NCBI GenBank assembly: GCA_002422085.1
Contig: DISZ01000006.1
Location: 28,212-92,211, forward strand
Reading direction: 5' to 3'
Length of the DNA stretch: 64,000 nt
Source: Rhodobacteraceae bacterium UBA6197
GTDB lineage: Bacteria; Pseudomonadota; Alphaproteobacteria; Rhodobacterales; Rhodobacteraceae
Below are positions 34,715 through 44,323 of the stretch, in pieces. Each line of letters opens with the position of its first letter. Within the stretch, counting starts at the first letter, position 1. A program made the translations under genes and the position numbers. The notes under the pieces are model-generated. The model was not told where the DNA came from and did not search any database. It saw only the letters and a list, made by a program, of their open reading frames with translations.

Positions 34715-36265
34715 TCATTCTTCTTCGGGAGCCAGCGTCAGCGGCGCGGCGCCACGCGGAAGATCCTCGGTGGACAGGGGCGCCGAGGGCCGCGCAAGAC
34801 GGTTTCTTACCACCCACAAAAGCCGGTGCTCTGCGCGGGTGATGGCGACATAGGCGAGGCGTTTCCACAGTGCGATCCCTGCCTCGGTACGGCCAGCGCG
34901 ATAGGCGGCAAAAAGGTCGGGCGCAAAAACCTGCACGTTTTCCCATTGCGAGCCCTGTGCCTTGTGGATGGTGACAGCCGCGCCATGAAGGAAAGCGGCC
35001 CCCATGCGGGCGGCAAAGGGGATGAAGGGTTCTTCGGCGTCGGGTAATTCGATCTTGATGATCGAGGCGGCGGAGATGCGCGGGTCCTCGGCACCAATCA
35101 CGTGCAGACGCGAAAAGCCGGGTTTCTTGCCGGGGCCAAGGTAGATGACCTGCGCCCCCTTGATCAGGCCGCGGGCCTCGAGGTCGATGCGTTTCTTGCG
35201 ATGCTTCAGCGGCAGCTCGATCCCGTCGCAAATCAGCGGCTCGCCGGGCAAAAGTGCGTCTGCGGGCGCCAGATGGGCGTTGCGGAACGCCTGAATCAGC
35301 CTGATCCGCGTCGCATTGCGCCAGACCAGCACCGGGCTGCGCGCCATCAGGTCGCTTTCCACCCTCTCGGCCCAGACCACGCGGTCGTCACGCCGCGAAG
35401 CCTCTTCGACCATCCGCTCGAAGGTTTCGAAGGTCAGGTCATCATCGCCCAGCGCGTGCGCCAGATCGAGGATCGGATTGTCCTGGGTCTGCCGGTGAAT
35501 CCGGTGCAGGATCAGCTTTTCCCCCGCCCCGGGCCGCTCGAACACCATTTCGCCGGATTGGTTGACAGGGGCAAGCTGAGCGGGATCGCCAAACAGGATC
35601 AACGTTGGAAAGATCTCGCGCAGGTCATCGAACTGGCGTTCGTCCAGCATCGACGATTCGTCGACAAAGCCGATGTCCAGAGGGTCCTCGCGCCGCTTCC
35701 AGCCCTGGATGAAGTCTGATCCGCGCAACCCCGCAGAGGCCAGCGCGCCGGGGATGGATTTCACCTGATCGTAGAATGCCTTGGCGCGGTCCAGCGCCTC
35801 TTCGGTAAGCCCGTTGATCCCCAGCCCATCCAGCGCCGGCCGCGGCCCCTGCCCGGCCAGCCATTCGGCAATGCGTTCATATTGCGGGTCGTAGACCGGC
35901 GTATACAAGATGCGGTGAATTGTCGTTGCCGGAACCCCACGGTTCCGCAACACCGAAGCGGCCTTGTTGGTCGGGGCGAGGATTGCGAGTGTGCGCTTGT
36001 CCTTGCGTTTCTTGCCCTCGAAGTCACCCGAGACGGTTTCCACCCCTGCCGCCTCAAGCGCCTTGTAAAGTGCGGCGAGCAGCATCGTTTTGCCCGATCC
36101 CGCCTTGCCGATGACCGACAAGACCCGGTTGCCGCCGCCATCGGGTCTCAGGCTCGCCTCGGTCAGATCGACCCCGGCCTCGGTCAGCGCATCGGCAACC
36201 CGGTCCCAGGCTTCGGCCTGATCCTCGGAGAAAACGATGGCAGGGGGCGGTGGGGTATGGCTCAT
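34715..36265 (-). CDS. RecD-like SF1 DNA helicase
   Basis: GKAGSGKT is a Walker A motif, with VDESSML, GDPAQLAPV, TIHKAQGSQWENV and YVAITRA. ATG 36265 begins MSHTPPPP. Confidence 0.85.
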   Translation of the reverse strand: MSHTPPPPAIVFSEDQAEAWDRVADALTEAGVDLTEASLRPDGGGNRVLSVIGKAGSGKTMLLAALYKALEAAGVETVSGDFEGKKRKDKRTLAILAPTNKAASVLRNRGVPATTIHRILYTPVYDPQYERIAEWLAGQGPRPALDGLGINGLTEEALDRAKAFYDQVKSIPGALASAGLRGSDFIQGWKRREDPLDIGFVDESSMLDERQFDDLREIFPTLILFGDPAQLAPVNQSGEMVFERPGAGEKLILHRIHRQTQDNPILDLAHALGDDDLTFETFERMVEEASRRDDRVVWAERVESDLMARSPVLVWRNATRIRLIQAFRNAHLAPADALLPGEPLICDGIELPLKHRKKRIDLEARGLIKGAQVIYLGPGKKPGFSRLHVIGAEDPRISAASIIKIELPDAEEPFIPFAARMGAAFLHGAAVTIHKAQGSQWENVQVFAPDLFAAYRAGRTEAGIALWKRLAYVAITRAEHRLLWVVRNRLARPSAPLSTEDLPRGAAPLTLAPEEE

Positions 36266-36484
36266 GGACGCGACCATAAGGCCCGGCGCCGACAGGGGAA
36301 AGAGGGCCTGACCCAAGAACTGCGCCGTGGGGGTGGCACCGCGCTTTGGGCGGGGCGTGGCGCCGCTGGTCGCCGCACAACGGCTGCTCCGGGTGTCGAC
36401 CCGCTGGCCAATGCCGGAAATTCCGGGGGATTTGCGGCTGGGCCAAAGCGTGGCACACTTTGCCGATCCGACCGGAGGTCCGCG

Positions 36485-36895
36485 ATGAAACCTGCCACAG
36501 CCTTGCTTGAAACCGCGATCTACGCCAATGACATCGACGCGGCCGAGACCTTCTACCGGGATGTCTTTGGGCTGACGGTCGTCTCAAAGGTTGCGGGCAG
36601 GTTTGTCTTTTTTCGCTGTGGCGCGCAGATGCTGCTGGTCTTCAACCCCGAGATGTCACTGCGCGCCGACCCCGCCATCGCCATTCCGCGCCATGGCGCG
36701 CGCGGTGCCGGGCATTTTTGTTTTCGCGCGCGCGATGCCGCAGAGGTCGGGCAGTGGCGCGACCATTTCACAGCCCTTGGCATAGAGGTTGAACACGATC
36801 ACGTTTGGCCGAACGGCGCACATTCTGTCTATATCCGCGACCCGGCAGGGAATTCGGTCGAAGTGGGCGAAGCCGCTTTGTGGAACCTCGGCTGA
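36485..36895 (+). CDS. VOC family (glyoxalase-like) protein
   Basis: LETAIYANDIDAAETFYRDVFGL.., GHFCFRA and YIRDPAGNSVEV. The start is at ATG 36485. Confidence 0.8.
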   Translation: MKPATALLETAIYANDIDAAETFYRDVFGLTVVSKVAGRFVFFRCGAQMLLVFNPEMSLRADPAIAIPRHGARGAGHFCFRARDAAEVGQWRDHFTALGIEVEHDHVWPNGAHSVYIRDPAGNSVEVGEAALWNLG

Positions 36896-37089
36896 GTGCG
36901 CCAACCGGCTGTGCGTTGATGCTGCGCGCGTTTGGTCTGCGGGTTGAAACTGCCTTTCGCAGAGCTGCCGTTCGCAAGTGCGGGTCAAAAAGCCGTTTCG
37001 GGCAGTTCGTCTGCGCGTGGCCCGCATGACGTGCAGCAGGGATTGTGGTATGCTCGCCACATCCATGACCCGGAAGAGGGGCAGAAAGA

Positions 37090-37770
37090 ATGGGCAAGGT
37101 CACGCATGCGATCACCGCAATAGCACTGGCCGCGACCGGGGCCGGGGCGGGCGCGCAAGAGCTATCGCCGGAAATCTTCAACGCCCGGGATTACGTCGCG
37201 GATCTGAACGTCGTTGCGGCGAACTGGACTGAAGGGAAACTGACCAACGCCGACGTTGTGGTGATCGCTGCGGTGGGTTGTGGCACGGTTCGCAAGATCG
37301 CCGCCGACAACCTTCTGGGGCACGCTGCGCGCTGGATCGATGCCGCGGGATACCCCGAACCCGGTCGCGTGCAGGAAACCGAAATGAAGGATTTCGTGGC
37401 CTTCGAGATCAATGCCTTCCGGGAATCGGGCGCAACCGACGCCGCAGTCGGCCTTGTAGAGCAGACGCTGTGGGGGCTGGCGTCCCTGCCGGTCGAGGCG
37501 CCTTCTTTCGAGATGGAACTGTTCACGCAATCGGGTGTCGAGCGGCGCTACTGTGACGCTCGCATGATCGGCGAGGCGGACCCCGCCGCGCCCGCGAGCG
37601 ATGCGCAGGTGGTTCTTGCCGGAGCGATCCTCGACAGTGTGGTAGGCGCCGCGACGATCACTGTTGATGCTCTTATCAGCACCGGTTCTGCCGGCGCCGA
37701 CGCCGGGTTTATCGCAATCCTGTCGGGCGGCGTCGGCTATGACCTGATCAAGCGCGGAGCGGGCCTCTAG
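37090..37770 (+). CDS. hypothetical secreted protein with a Gly/Ala-rich C-terminal segment
   Basis: Signal peptide ITAIALAATGAGAGAQE, a GAAGAGGGG Shine-Dalgarno region, acceptable codon usage, and no family I recognise. Confidence 0.55.
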   Translation: MGKVTHAITAIALAATGAGAGAQELSPEIFNARDYVADLNVVAANWTEGKLTNADVVVIAAVGCGTVRKIAADNLLGHAARWIDAAGYPEPGRVQETEMKDFVAFEINAFRESGATDAAVGLVEQTLWGLASLPVEAPSFEMELFTQSGVERRYCDARMIGEADPAAPASDAQVVLAGAILDSVVGAATITVDALISTGSAGADAGFIAILSGGVGYDLIKRGAGL

Positions 37771-38082
37771 GGTGCCGTTGACCGCCCGACAGCCTGAACC
37801 CGATCAGAAAACGGTGCGGACCCTGCGCGCGGCCTTGAACCTTGGGCATGCGGGCGCGCCCGCACACATATCTGTCGCGCTGAACCCGAGACGCGCGTTG
37901 CGACGACTGTCGGACAAGGCCGCCCCGTCGTTCTGGCCAAGACGCCACCCGAGATTTGAACAGCGCCTTGCGACGGGCTTTGCTCCATGTGAAACCGCAA
38001 AGCCAAATGGGCCATGCCTTCATCACGCAGCAACGGAAAATCGGATGCAACGCGGGCCGGCAACGCCCAACGCACAGCCCAT

Positions 38083-38113
38083 GAAAAACCCGCGTCAGGG
38101 GCCTGACGCGGGT
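38083..38113 (-). terminator. intrinsic terminator of ccr
   Basis: acccgcgtcagg/cctgacgcgggt is a perfect 12-nt inverted repeat. The minus transcript continues with UUUUU. It lies 21 nt after the ccr stop. Confidence 0.8.
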
Positions 38114-38133
38114 TAACGCTCAAGACAAAGGCA

Positions 38134-39426
38134 TCATGCCTTGGGGCCAGCCTCAAGCGCATCCTCGAATGTCCGCAGACCCGCGCGGGGCGACTGCACC
38201 AGCACCGCCATATTGCCCGGCTTGTGCTGGTTCTTGAACATTTTCATATGAGCCGCAGGGATCTCGGCCCAGGGAAAGACCTCGCTCATGCAGGGATCAA
38301 GACGGCGTTCCAGCATCAGCCGGTTGGCGGCCGACGCCTGTTTGAGGTTGGCAAAGTGGCTGCCCTGCACGCGTTTTTGGTGCATCCACAGATAGCGCAC
38401 GTCAAAGGTCAGGTTGAACCCGGTGGTGCCCGCACAGATCACCACCATGCCGCCGCGTTTGACGACGAAAACCGAAACCGGAAAGGTCGCCTCGCCGGGG
38501 TGTTCAAACACCATGTCGACGTTGTTGCCCTTGCCGGTGATTTCCCAGATCGCGGCGCCGAATTTGCGCGCTTCCTTGAACCAGGCGGCATATTCGGGGG
38601 TATTGACCTTGGGCATCTGCCCCCAACAGTTGAAATTCTTGCGGTTGATGACCCCTTTGGCCCCCAACCCCATGACGAAATCGCGTTTGTCCTCTTCGGA
38701 AATCACGCCGATCGCATTGGCCCCAGCCGCGTTGATCAACTGGATCGCGTAAGACCCAAGCCCCCCCGATGCGCCCCAGACCAGCACATTGTCGCCAGGT
38801 TTCAGGATATGCGGACGATGCCCGAACAGCATCCGGTAGGCGGTGGCCAGCGTCAGCGTATAGCAGGCGCTTTCCTCCCAGGTCAGGTGTTTGGGCCGCG
38901 CCATCAACTGCTGTGCCTGCACCCGGGTGAACTGCGCGAACGATCCGTCGGGCGTCTCGTAACCCCAGATCCGCTGGCTGGGCGAGAACATCGGATCGCC
39001 GCCGTTGCATTCCTCGTCGTCGCCATCGTCCTGATTGCAGTGCACCACGACTTCGTCGCCAACCTTCCAGCGCTTGACCTTGTCACCCACCGCCCAGACG
39101 ATGCCCGCCGCATCAGAGCCGGCGATGTGATAGGGCTGCTTGTGGCCGTCGAACGGGCTGACCGGAATACCCAGACCCGCCCAGATTCCGTTGTAGTTGA
39201 CGCCCGCCGCCATCACCAGAATCAGCACCTCGTGGCTGTCGATCGTCGGGGTATCGACGACCTCGACCTGCATCGCCTTGTCCGGCTCGCCGTGGCGTTC
39301 GCGGCGGATCGCCCAAGCATACATCGACTTTGGCACATGGCCGAGGGGGGGCATTTCGCCCACTTCATAAAGATCTTTTTGCGGCGCATCGTAGGGCGCG
39401 ATCTCGGTTTTGATGTCCAGAGCCAT
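38134..39426 (-). CDS. ccr: crotonyl-CoA carboxylase/reductase
   Basis: MALDIKTEIAPYDAPQKDLYEVGEMPPLGHVPKSMYAWAIRRERHG..VWGASGGLGSYAIQL. The protein is 430 aa from ATG 39426. Confidence 0.95.
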   Translation of the reverse strand: MALDIKTEIAPYDAPQKDLYEVGEMPPLGHVPKSMYAWAIRRERHGEPDKAMQVEVVDTPTIDSHEVLILVMAAGVNYNGIWAGLGIPVSPFDGHKQPYHIAGSDAAGIVWAVGDKVKRWKVGDEVVVHCNQDDGDDEECNGGDPMFSPSQRIWGYETPDGSFAQFTRVQAQQLMARPKHLTWEESACYTLTLATAYRMLFGHRPHILKPGDNVLVWGASGGLGSYAIQLINAAGANAIGVISEEDKRDFVMGLGAKGVINRKNFNCWGQMPKVNTPEYAAWFKEARKFGAAIWEITGKGNNVDMVFEHPGEATFPVSVFVVKRGGMVVICAGTTGFNLTFDVRYLWMHQKRVQGSHFANLKQASAANRLMLERRLDPCMSEVFPWAEIPAAHMKMFKNQHKPGNMAVLVQSPRAGLRTFEDALEAGPKA

Positions 39427-39937
39427 GCGGGCCTCCTGTCTACTGTTGCCGCACCGCAGAATCGGCGGGCCTTGCGTTAGGAAATACGTTTCGCCGCGCA
39501 ATAATGCAATACAGCGCGTTTGGTTTTTGTAATTTTATGACCTCGCAATTGCGGAATGCTCGCGCTGCGACCGCGGCATCAGAACATATTCCGACCCCGC
39601 AATGGGCAATCGACACGGCACGGAATGCCAGAATCGACTACTGCCCCGCCGCACTCTAGCCCCTTTGGCCCGTCGATGACGATAACGATGACGATTCTGT
39701 GCGCCAAAGCAGCTGCGGCCATTCGCCCACCGCCCACCGGCGCAGGGCCCCGGCGCGGTCGCCAGAAAGGTCATCAGCACGCCGAGGGCGCCAAAGCCTT
39801 GTCTGGTGCGACAACTGCCGCCCGCCCCAGCCCGCAAACCATCGGGTGGCCCAACCATCGGCGTCCTTGCGGCACAGTGGCAGGGAAAGATCGCCGCGCA
39901 ATATCTTGCCTCAGCACCAATGCCGCGTTGCAGCGAA

Positions 39938-39966
39938 TTGACAGGGACACATTCTTTCGCATAACT
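39938..39966 (+). promoter_or_regulatory. candidate sigma70-type promoter of ecm
   Basis: TTGACA (39938-39943), a 17-nt spacer, then ATAACT (39961-39966), about 45 nt upstream of ATG 40011. A GGAG Shine-Dalgarno sequence lies at 39999. Confidence 0.4.
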
Positions 39967-40010
39967 CCGTTACAGCCGCAACTTTCTTACGGTCGGAATC
40001 GGAGATCGCC

Positions 40011-41996
40011 ATGACGGACGCCAGCCCCAAAACCGCAATCGCCAAGGACAAACCCTGGCTGTTTCGCACCTATGCGGGCCACTCGACGGCCGCCAAATCG
40101 AATGCGCTTTACCGGGGCAACCTTGCCAAGGGCCAGACCGGGCTGTCGGTCGCCTTCGACCTTCCGACCCAGACCGGCTATGACAGCGACCATGTCCTGT
40201 CGCGCGGCGAGGTCGGCAAGGTCGGCGTGCCGGTCTGCCATCTGGGCGACATGCGGATGTTGTTCGATCAGATCCCGCTGGACCGGATGAACACCTCGAT
40301 GACGATCAACGCCACCGCGCCGTGGCTGCTGGCGCTCTATATCGCGGTGGCCGAGGAACAGGGCGCCGAGGTTGGCGCGCTTCAGGGCACGGTGCAAAAC
40401 GATCTGGTCAAGGAATACCTGTCGCGCGGCACCTATATCTGCCCGCCCAAGCCTTCGTTGGCGATGATCACGGATGTCGCGGCCTATACCGCCAAACACC
40501 TGCCCAAATGGAACCCGATGAACGTCTGCTCCTACCACCTGCAAGAGGCGGGCGCGACACCGGAACAGGAACTGGCCTTCGCACTTGCCACCGGCGTGGC
40601 GGTGCTGGATGACCTCAAGCAGAAGGTCGCCCCGGCGGAATTTCCCGCCATGGTCGGGCGGATTTCGTTCTTCGTGAACGCCGGCATCCGCTTTGTGACC
40701 GAATTGTGCAAGATGCGCGCCTTTACCGAGCTGTGGGACGAAATCTGCCGCGACCGATATGGCATCGAAGACGAGAAATTCCGCCGCTTTCGCTATGGCG
40801 TGCAGGTCAACAGCCTTGGCCTGACCGAACAGCAGCCCGAAAACAACGTCTACCGGATCCTGATCGAAATGCTGGCGGTCACACTGTCGAAAAACGCCCG
40901 CGCCCGCGCCGTGCAGCTTCCGGCATGGAACGAGGCGCTTGGCCTGCCGCGCCCATGGGATCAGCAATGGTCGCTCAGGATGCAGCAGATCATGGCCTAT
41001 GAAACCGATCTGCTGGAATTCGACGACCTGTTCGAGGGCAACCCCGCCATCACCGCCAAGGTCGAAACGCTGAAAGCGGGCGCGCGCGAAGAACTGGCCA
41101 CGCTGGATGCGATGGGCGGCGCGATCGCCGCGATCGACTATATGAAGGGCCGTCTGGTCGAAAGCAACGCAGCGCGGCTGGGCCGGATCGAGACGAACGA
41201 AACTGTCGTTGTCGGGGTGAACCGCTGGCAACAGGGCGAACCCTCGCCGTTGACGGCGGGCGATGGCGGTATCATGGTCGTCGAACCGGGTGTCGAAGAA
41301 GACCAGATCGGGCGGCTGACTGCCTGGCGCGCCGACCGCGATGCCCAGACCGTAGCCGCAGCACTGACCGCCCTTCGGGCCGCGGCGACTGCGGGTGAAA
41401 ACATCATGCCGCCCTCGATTGCCGCTGCAAAAGCGGGGGTGACGACCGGCGAATGGGCCGACGTCATGCGAAAGGTCCATGGCGAATACCGCGGCCCGAC
41501 GGGCGTGTCGCGCAGCCCCTCGAACCGCACCGAGGGGCTAGAGCAGATCCGCGAAGCCGTTGACGTTGCTTCATCGAAGCTGGGCCGTCGCCTGAAGTTT
41601 CTGGTCGGCAAGCCGGGGCTGGACGGTCATTCCAACGGGGCCGAGCAAATCGCCTTCCGTGCCCGAGATTGCGGCATGGATATCACCTATGACGGGATTC
41701 GCCTGACCCCCAAGCAAATCGTCGCCAAGGCTGTCGAGGACGAGCCCCATGTCGTTGGCCTGTCGATTCTTTCGGGCTCTCATCTGCCGCTGATCGAAGA
41801 GGTGATGGAGCATATGCGCTCCGCCGGGTTGGGCCACGTTCCGGTTGTCGTCGGAGGCATCATCCCAGACGAAGACGCCGCCAAGCTTTTGGGTTTTGGT
41901 GTTACCCGCGTCTACACGCCGAAGGACTTTGAACTGAACCGGATCATGATGGACATTGTCGCATTGGCGGTACCCGATCCGATCGCGGCCGAGTAA
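40011..41996 (+). CDS. ecm: ethylmalonyl-CoA mutase (MeaA), B12-dependent
   Basis: KPWLFRTYAGHSTAAKSNALYRGNLAKGQTGLSVAFDLPTQTGYD.. plus a C-terminal B12-binding GLDGHSNG motif. The protein is 661 aa. Confidence 0.95.
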   Translation: MTDASPKTAIAKDKPWLFRTYAGHSTAAKSNALYRGNLAKGQTGLSVAFDLPTQTGYDSDHVLSRGEVGKVGVPVCHLGDMRMLFDQIPLDRMNTSMTINATAPWLLALYIAVAEEQGAEVGALQGTVQNDLVKEYLSRGTYICPPKPSLAMITDVAAYTAKHLPKWNPMNVCSYHLQEAGATPEQELAFALATGVAVLDDLKQKVAPAEFPAMVGRISFFVNAGIRFVTELCKMRAFTELWDEICRDRYGIEDEKFRRFRYGVQVNSLGLTEQQPENNVYRILIEMLAVTLSKNARARAVQLPAWNEALGLPRPWDQQWSLRMQQIMAYETDLLEFDDLFEGNPAITAKVETLKAGAREELATLDAMGGAIAAIDYMKGRLVESNAARLGRIETNETVVVGVNRWQQGEPSPLTAGDGGIMVVEPGVEEDQIGRLTAWRADRDAQTVAAALTALRAAATAGENIMPPSIAAAKAGVTTGEWADVMRKVHGEYRGPTGVSRSPSNRTEGLEQIREAVDVASSKLGRRLKFLVGKPGLDGHSNGAEQIAFRARDCGMDITYDGIRLTPKQIVAKAVEDEPHVVGLSILSGSHLPLIEEVMEHMRSAGLGHVPVVVGGIIPDEDAAKLLGFGVTRVYTPKDFELNRIMMDIVALAVPDPIAAE

Positions 41997-42102
41997 ACCC
42001 GGCCGTCGCCGCGGGCGGCCGCGCCCTCCGGCGGGGCGAACCGCCCAAGTGCCCGCCATGGCTTTGTGGCGCCACGGCCAATCGGGGCGTCCGCCCTGCG
42101 GG

Positions 42103-42465
42103 CTATCGGCGGCGGTTGCGGCGCGCCAGCACCGCGATGACCGCCCAGACACCGGTCCGCAGCGTCATTGCGCCGGTGGTGCGTGTTTCATGCGCGCCGC
42201 CGCGCAGCACATGGGCGGCGTAGGCCAACCCGACCAGCAAAGTCGCCGCAAAGATCGCAAGTGCCAGCGGGGCGGCCCAGTCCCGCCCCGTCAAAAGCCC
42301 GTAACCCGCCAGACAATAGGCAAAGCCGGCGCCGAAATTGAACCACAGCACGAACGGCACCACCGCCCCCATATCAACGCCGCCAAAAAGCGCGCGCCCG
42401 CCCGATATCAGGGTCAGCACGCCAAAGATCAGCGCCACCCAACCGATGATTTTTTGCGTCGTCAT
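42103..42465 (-). CDS. small four-TM membrane protein
   Basis: 120 aa and hydrophobic. An ATGA overlap with the ABC ATPase stop marks it as the last gene of the exporter operon. Confidence 0.7.
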   Translation of the reverse strand: MTTQKIIGWVALIFGVLTLISGGRALFGGVDMGAVVPFVLWFNFGAGFAYCLAGYGLLTGRDWAAPLALAIFAATLLVGLAYAAHVLRGGAHETRTTGAMTLRTGVWAVIAVLARRNRRR

Positions 42466-43187
42466 TGCGGGTCTCCTGCTTGAATTGTGTCGTCTTGTTC
42501 CAGCCGCCCGTCGCGCAGATGGAACAGTTTGTCGAAACGGTCGAAGATCTTTTCGTCATGGGTCACGGCAATGATGCAGGCGTCTTGTTCGCTGGCCAGC
42601 TTGCGCAGAAGATCCATCACGATGCCCGCACGCTTGCTGTCAAGCGCCGCCGTCGGCTCGTCGGCCAGAATGATCCGCGGGCTGTTGGCCAGTGCACGGG
42701 CGATCGCCACGCGTTGCGCCTCGCCGCCCGACAAAAGCGCGGGCATGGCGCGGGCACGGTGACCGACCTCGAGATAGTCCAGCAGCTCTTGCGCCCGAGC
42801 CTGCGCGTCGGCCCGCGAGCGGCCGGCCAGATGCAGCACCAGCGCCACATTGTCGAGCGCGGTCAGAAACGGCAGCAGGTTGTGCGCCTGAAAGATGAAG
42901 CCGATCTTGTCCAGCCGCAGTCGCCGCAGATCACGCCGCAGCCAGCGCCCGTCAAACACCATTTCGCCGTCCAGCGCCACCTGCCCCGCCGAAGGGTCAA
43001 TGATGCAACCGATCACATTCAGCAGCGTCGTCTTGCCCGATCCCGATGGCCCCAGCAGCGCGACGACCTCTCCCGCCTGCACCGACAGATCCAGCGCGCG
43101 CAGCGCATCGACCCGGGTTTCACCCTCGCCATAGTGTTTCGACACGCCCTTCAGATCGACGATCACCTCGCCTTTGCCCTGCGCCAT
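42462..43187 (-). CDS. ABC transporter ATP-binding protein (DevA/MacB-ATPase type)
   Basis: GPSGSGKTT, LSGGEAQRVAIARAL and ILADEPT. Confidence 0.95.
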   Translation of the reverse strand: MAQGKGEVIVDLKGVSKHYGEGETRVDALRALDLSVQAGEVVALLGPSGSGKTTLLNVIGCIIDPSAGQVALDGEMVFDGRWLRRDLRRLRLDKIGFIFQAHNLLPFLTALDNVALVLHLAGRSRADAQARAQELLDYLEVGHRARAMPALLSGGEAQRVAIARALANSPRIILADEPTAALDSKRAGIVMDLLRKLASEQDACIIAVTHDEKIFDRFDKLFHLRDGRLEQDDTIQAGDPQ

Positions 43188-43189
43188 CC

Positions 43190-44323
43190 TCAGCCCCCCA
43201 GCGCCGTGGCCGGATCAACCTTCAATGCGGCCCGCACCCCCAAACCGCTGGCCGCGATGCAAACCCCGAAGATGATCGCCCCCAACACGGCGACATTCAG
43301 CGGCTCCAGCACCACGCGGCGCGGAAAGTTGTCCTTGATCGCCAGTATCAGAACCAACCCAAACCCCCAGCCCGCCAGCCCCAGCACCAGCGATTGCTGC
43401 ACGATCAGCCCCACGATCGTGCGATCCGGCGCCCCGATCAGCTTGAGCGTGGCGATCTGTTTCAGTTTTTCCATCGTCATCGTATAGATGATCAGTGCGA
43501 TCACCACCGCCGAGACCGACAGCAAGATGCCCAGAAACAGGCCAATCTGCCGTCGCGCCTTGTCGACCACCGATCTGATCAACAGGTTTTCCTGTTCGGC
43601 CTGCGTCATCGCCTGAAGGTGCTTCCACTGCCGCACCGTGCGCCCCAGTGCGGCGGCATCCGCCGTCGGCTCCAACCGCGCGATCACGGCGGCCACGGTG
43701 GCTTGCTCTGACATGCTGGCACCGCGCGCGGCTTGCACGCGGGCCGCGGCCGGAGCCAACTGGCTTTGCAGCACCTGTGCATCGGCAAGGGTGATGAAGA
43801 CCGCCGGGTCGCCGCCCGAATTCATCGTGTCACGGACCATTCCAACCACCGTAAAGCGGTTGCGCCCCAACCGCATCTTGTCGCCAAGGGCAAGACCGGT
43901 CTTGGCATCGGCGACCATCTCGAAATGGCTTTGCTGAAGGTTCCGGCCTTCGGCGATCTGCAATGGGCCACCCGGCCGGCCGCGCTCATAGCCGATGACA
44001 TATAGCCGCAAGGTGCTGCCGGCGTGGTCGGCCTCGATGGTCTGGTAGGTGATCGAGCCGGCCTCGGCCACGCCAAACAGGCGCGCCACCGCGTCGCGCG
44101 TTTCTGGCGGCACTTTCGAGGCTTCGGCAAAGGGGCCCTTCGTTCCCGACTCGACGACCCACAGATCCACCTGAGGCGCGCGCACGATATTGAGCGCATC
44201 CGCCACCAACCCGTTGTAGATCCCGATCATCGCCAGCACGACCGCCATCAGCAGACTCAGCCCCAGACAGGTCAGCACAAAACGGAAAAGGTTGTGCTGA
44301 ACATCGCGCAGCGCGAGGTTCAT
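43190..44323 (-). CDS. ABC transporter permease, FtsX/DevC-like
   Basis: 377 aa: one N-terminal TM helix, a large periplasmic domain, and three C-terminal TM helices. Confidence 0.85.
   Translation of the reverse strand: MNLALRDVQHNLFRFVLTCLGLSLLMAVVLAMIGIYNGLVADALNIVRAPQVDLWVVESGTKGPFAEASKVPPETRDAVARLFGVAEAGSITYQTIEADHAGSTLRLYVIGYERGRPGGPLQIAEGRNLQQSHFEMVADAKTGLALGDKMRLGRNRFTVVGMVRDTMNSGGDPAVFITLADAQVLQSQLAPAAARVQAARGASMSEQATVAAVIARLEPTADAAALGRTVRQWKHLQAMTQAEQENLLIRSVVDKARRQIGLFLGILLSVSAVVIALIIYTMTMEKLKQIATLKLIGAPDRTIVGLIVQQSLVLGLAGWGFGLVLILAIKDNFPRRVVLEPLNVAVLGAIIFGVCIAASGLGVRAALKVDPATALGG

Noticed and set aside
39543-39552. GCAATTGC palindrome shared by the ccr spacer (39544) and the wza/VOC spacer (about 19042) as a common operator
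   Set aside because: From base composition I expect roughly one chance occurrence of this 8-mer per 64 kb. Two occurrences are not significant, and the flanks do not match.
39875-39881. Possible cobalamin riboswitch in the ccr/ecm spacer (GCCACTG on the minus strand, next to B12-dependent ecm)
   Set aside because: Only this heptamer matches. I could not find the other conserved riboswitch elements (the AGGGAA..GGTG core, the CCCGC-ACTGT segment, the B12 box AGYCAGGAGACCTGCC), and the heptamer would lie in the ccr leader, not the ecm leader.
38224-41480. Long ORFs 38224..39480 (+) and 39987..41480 (-)
   Set aside because: They are antisense shadows of ccr and ecm respectively, with no motifs and a skewed composition.
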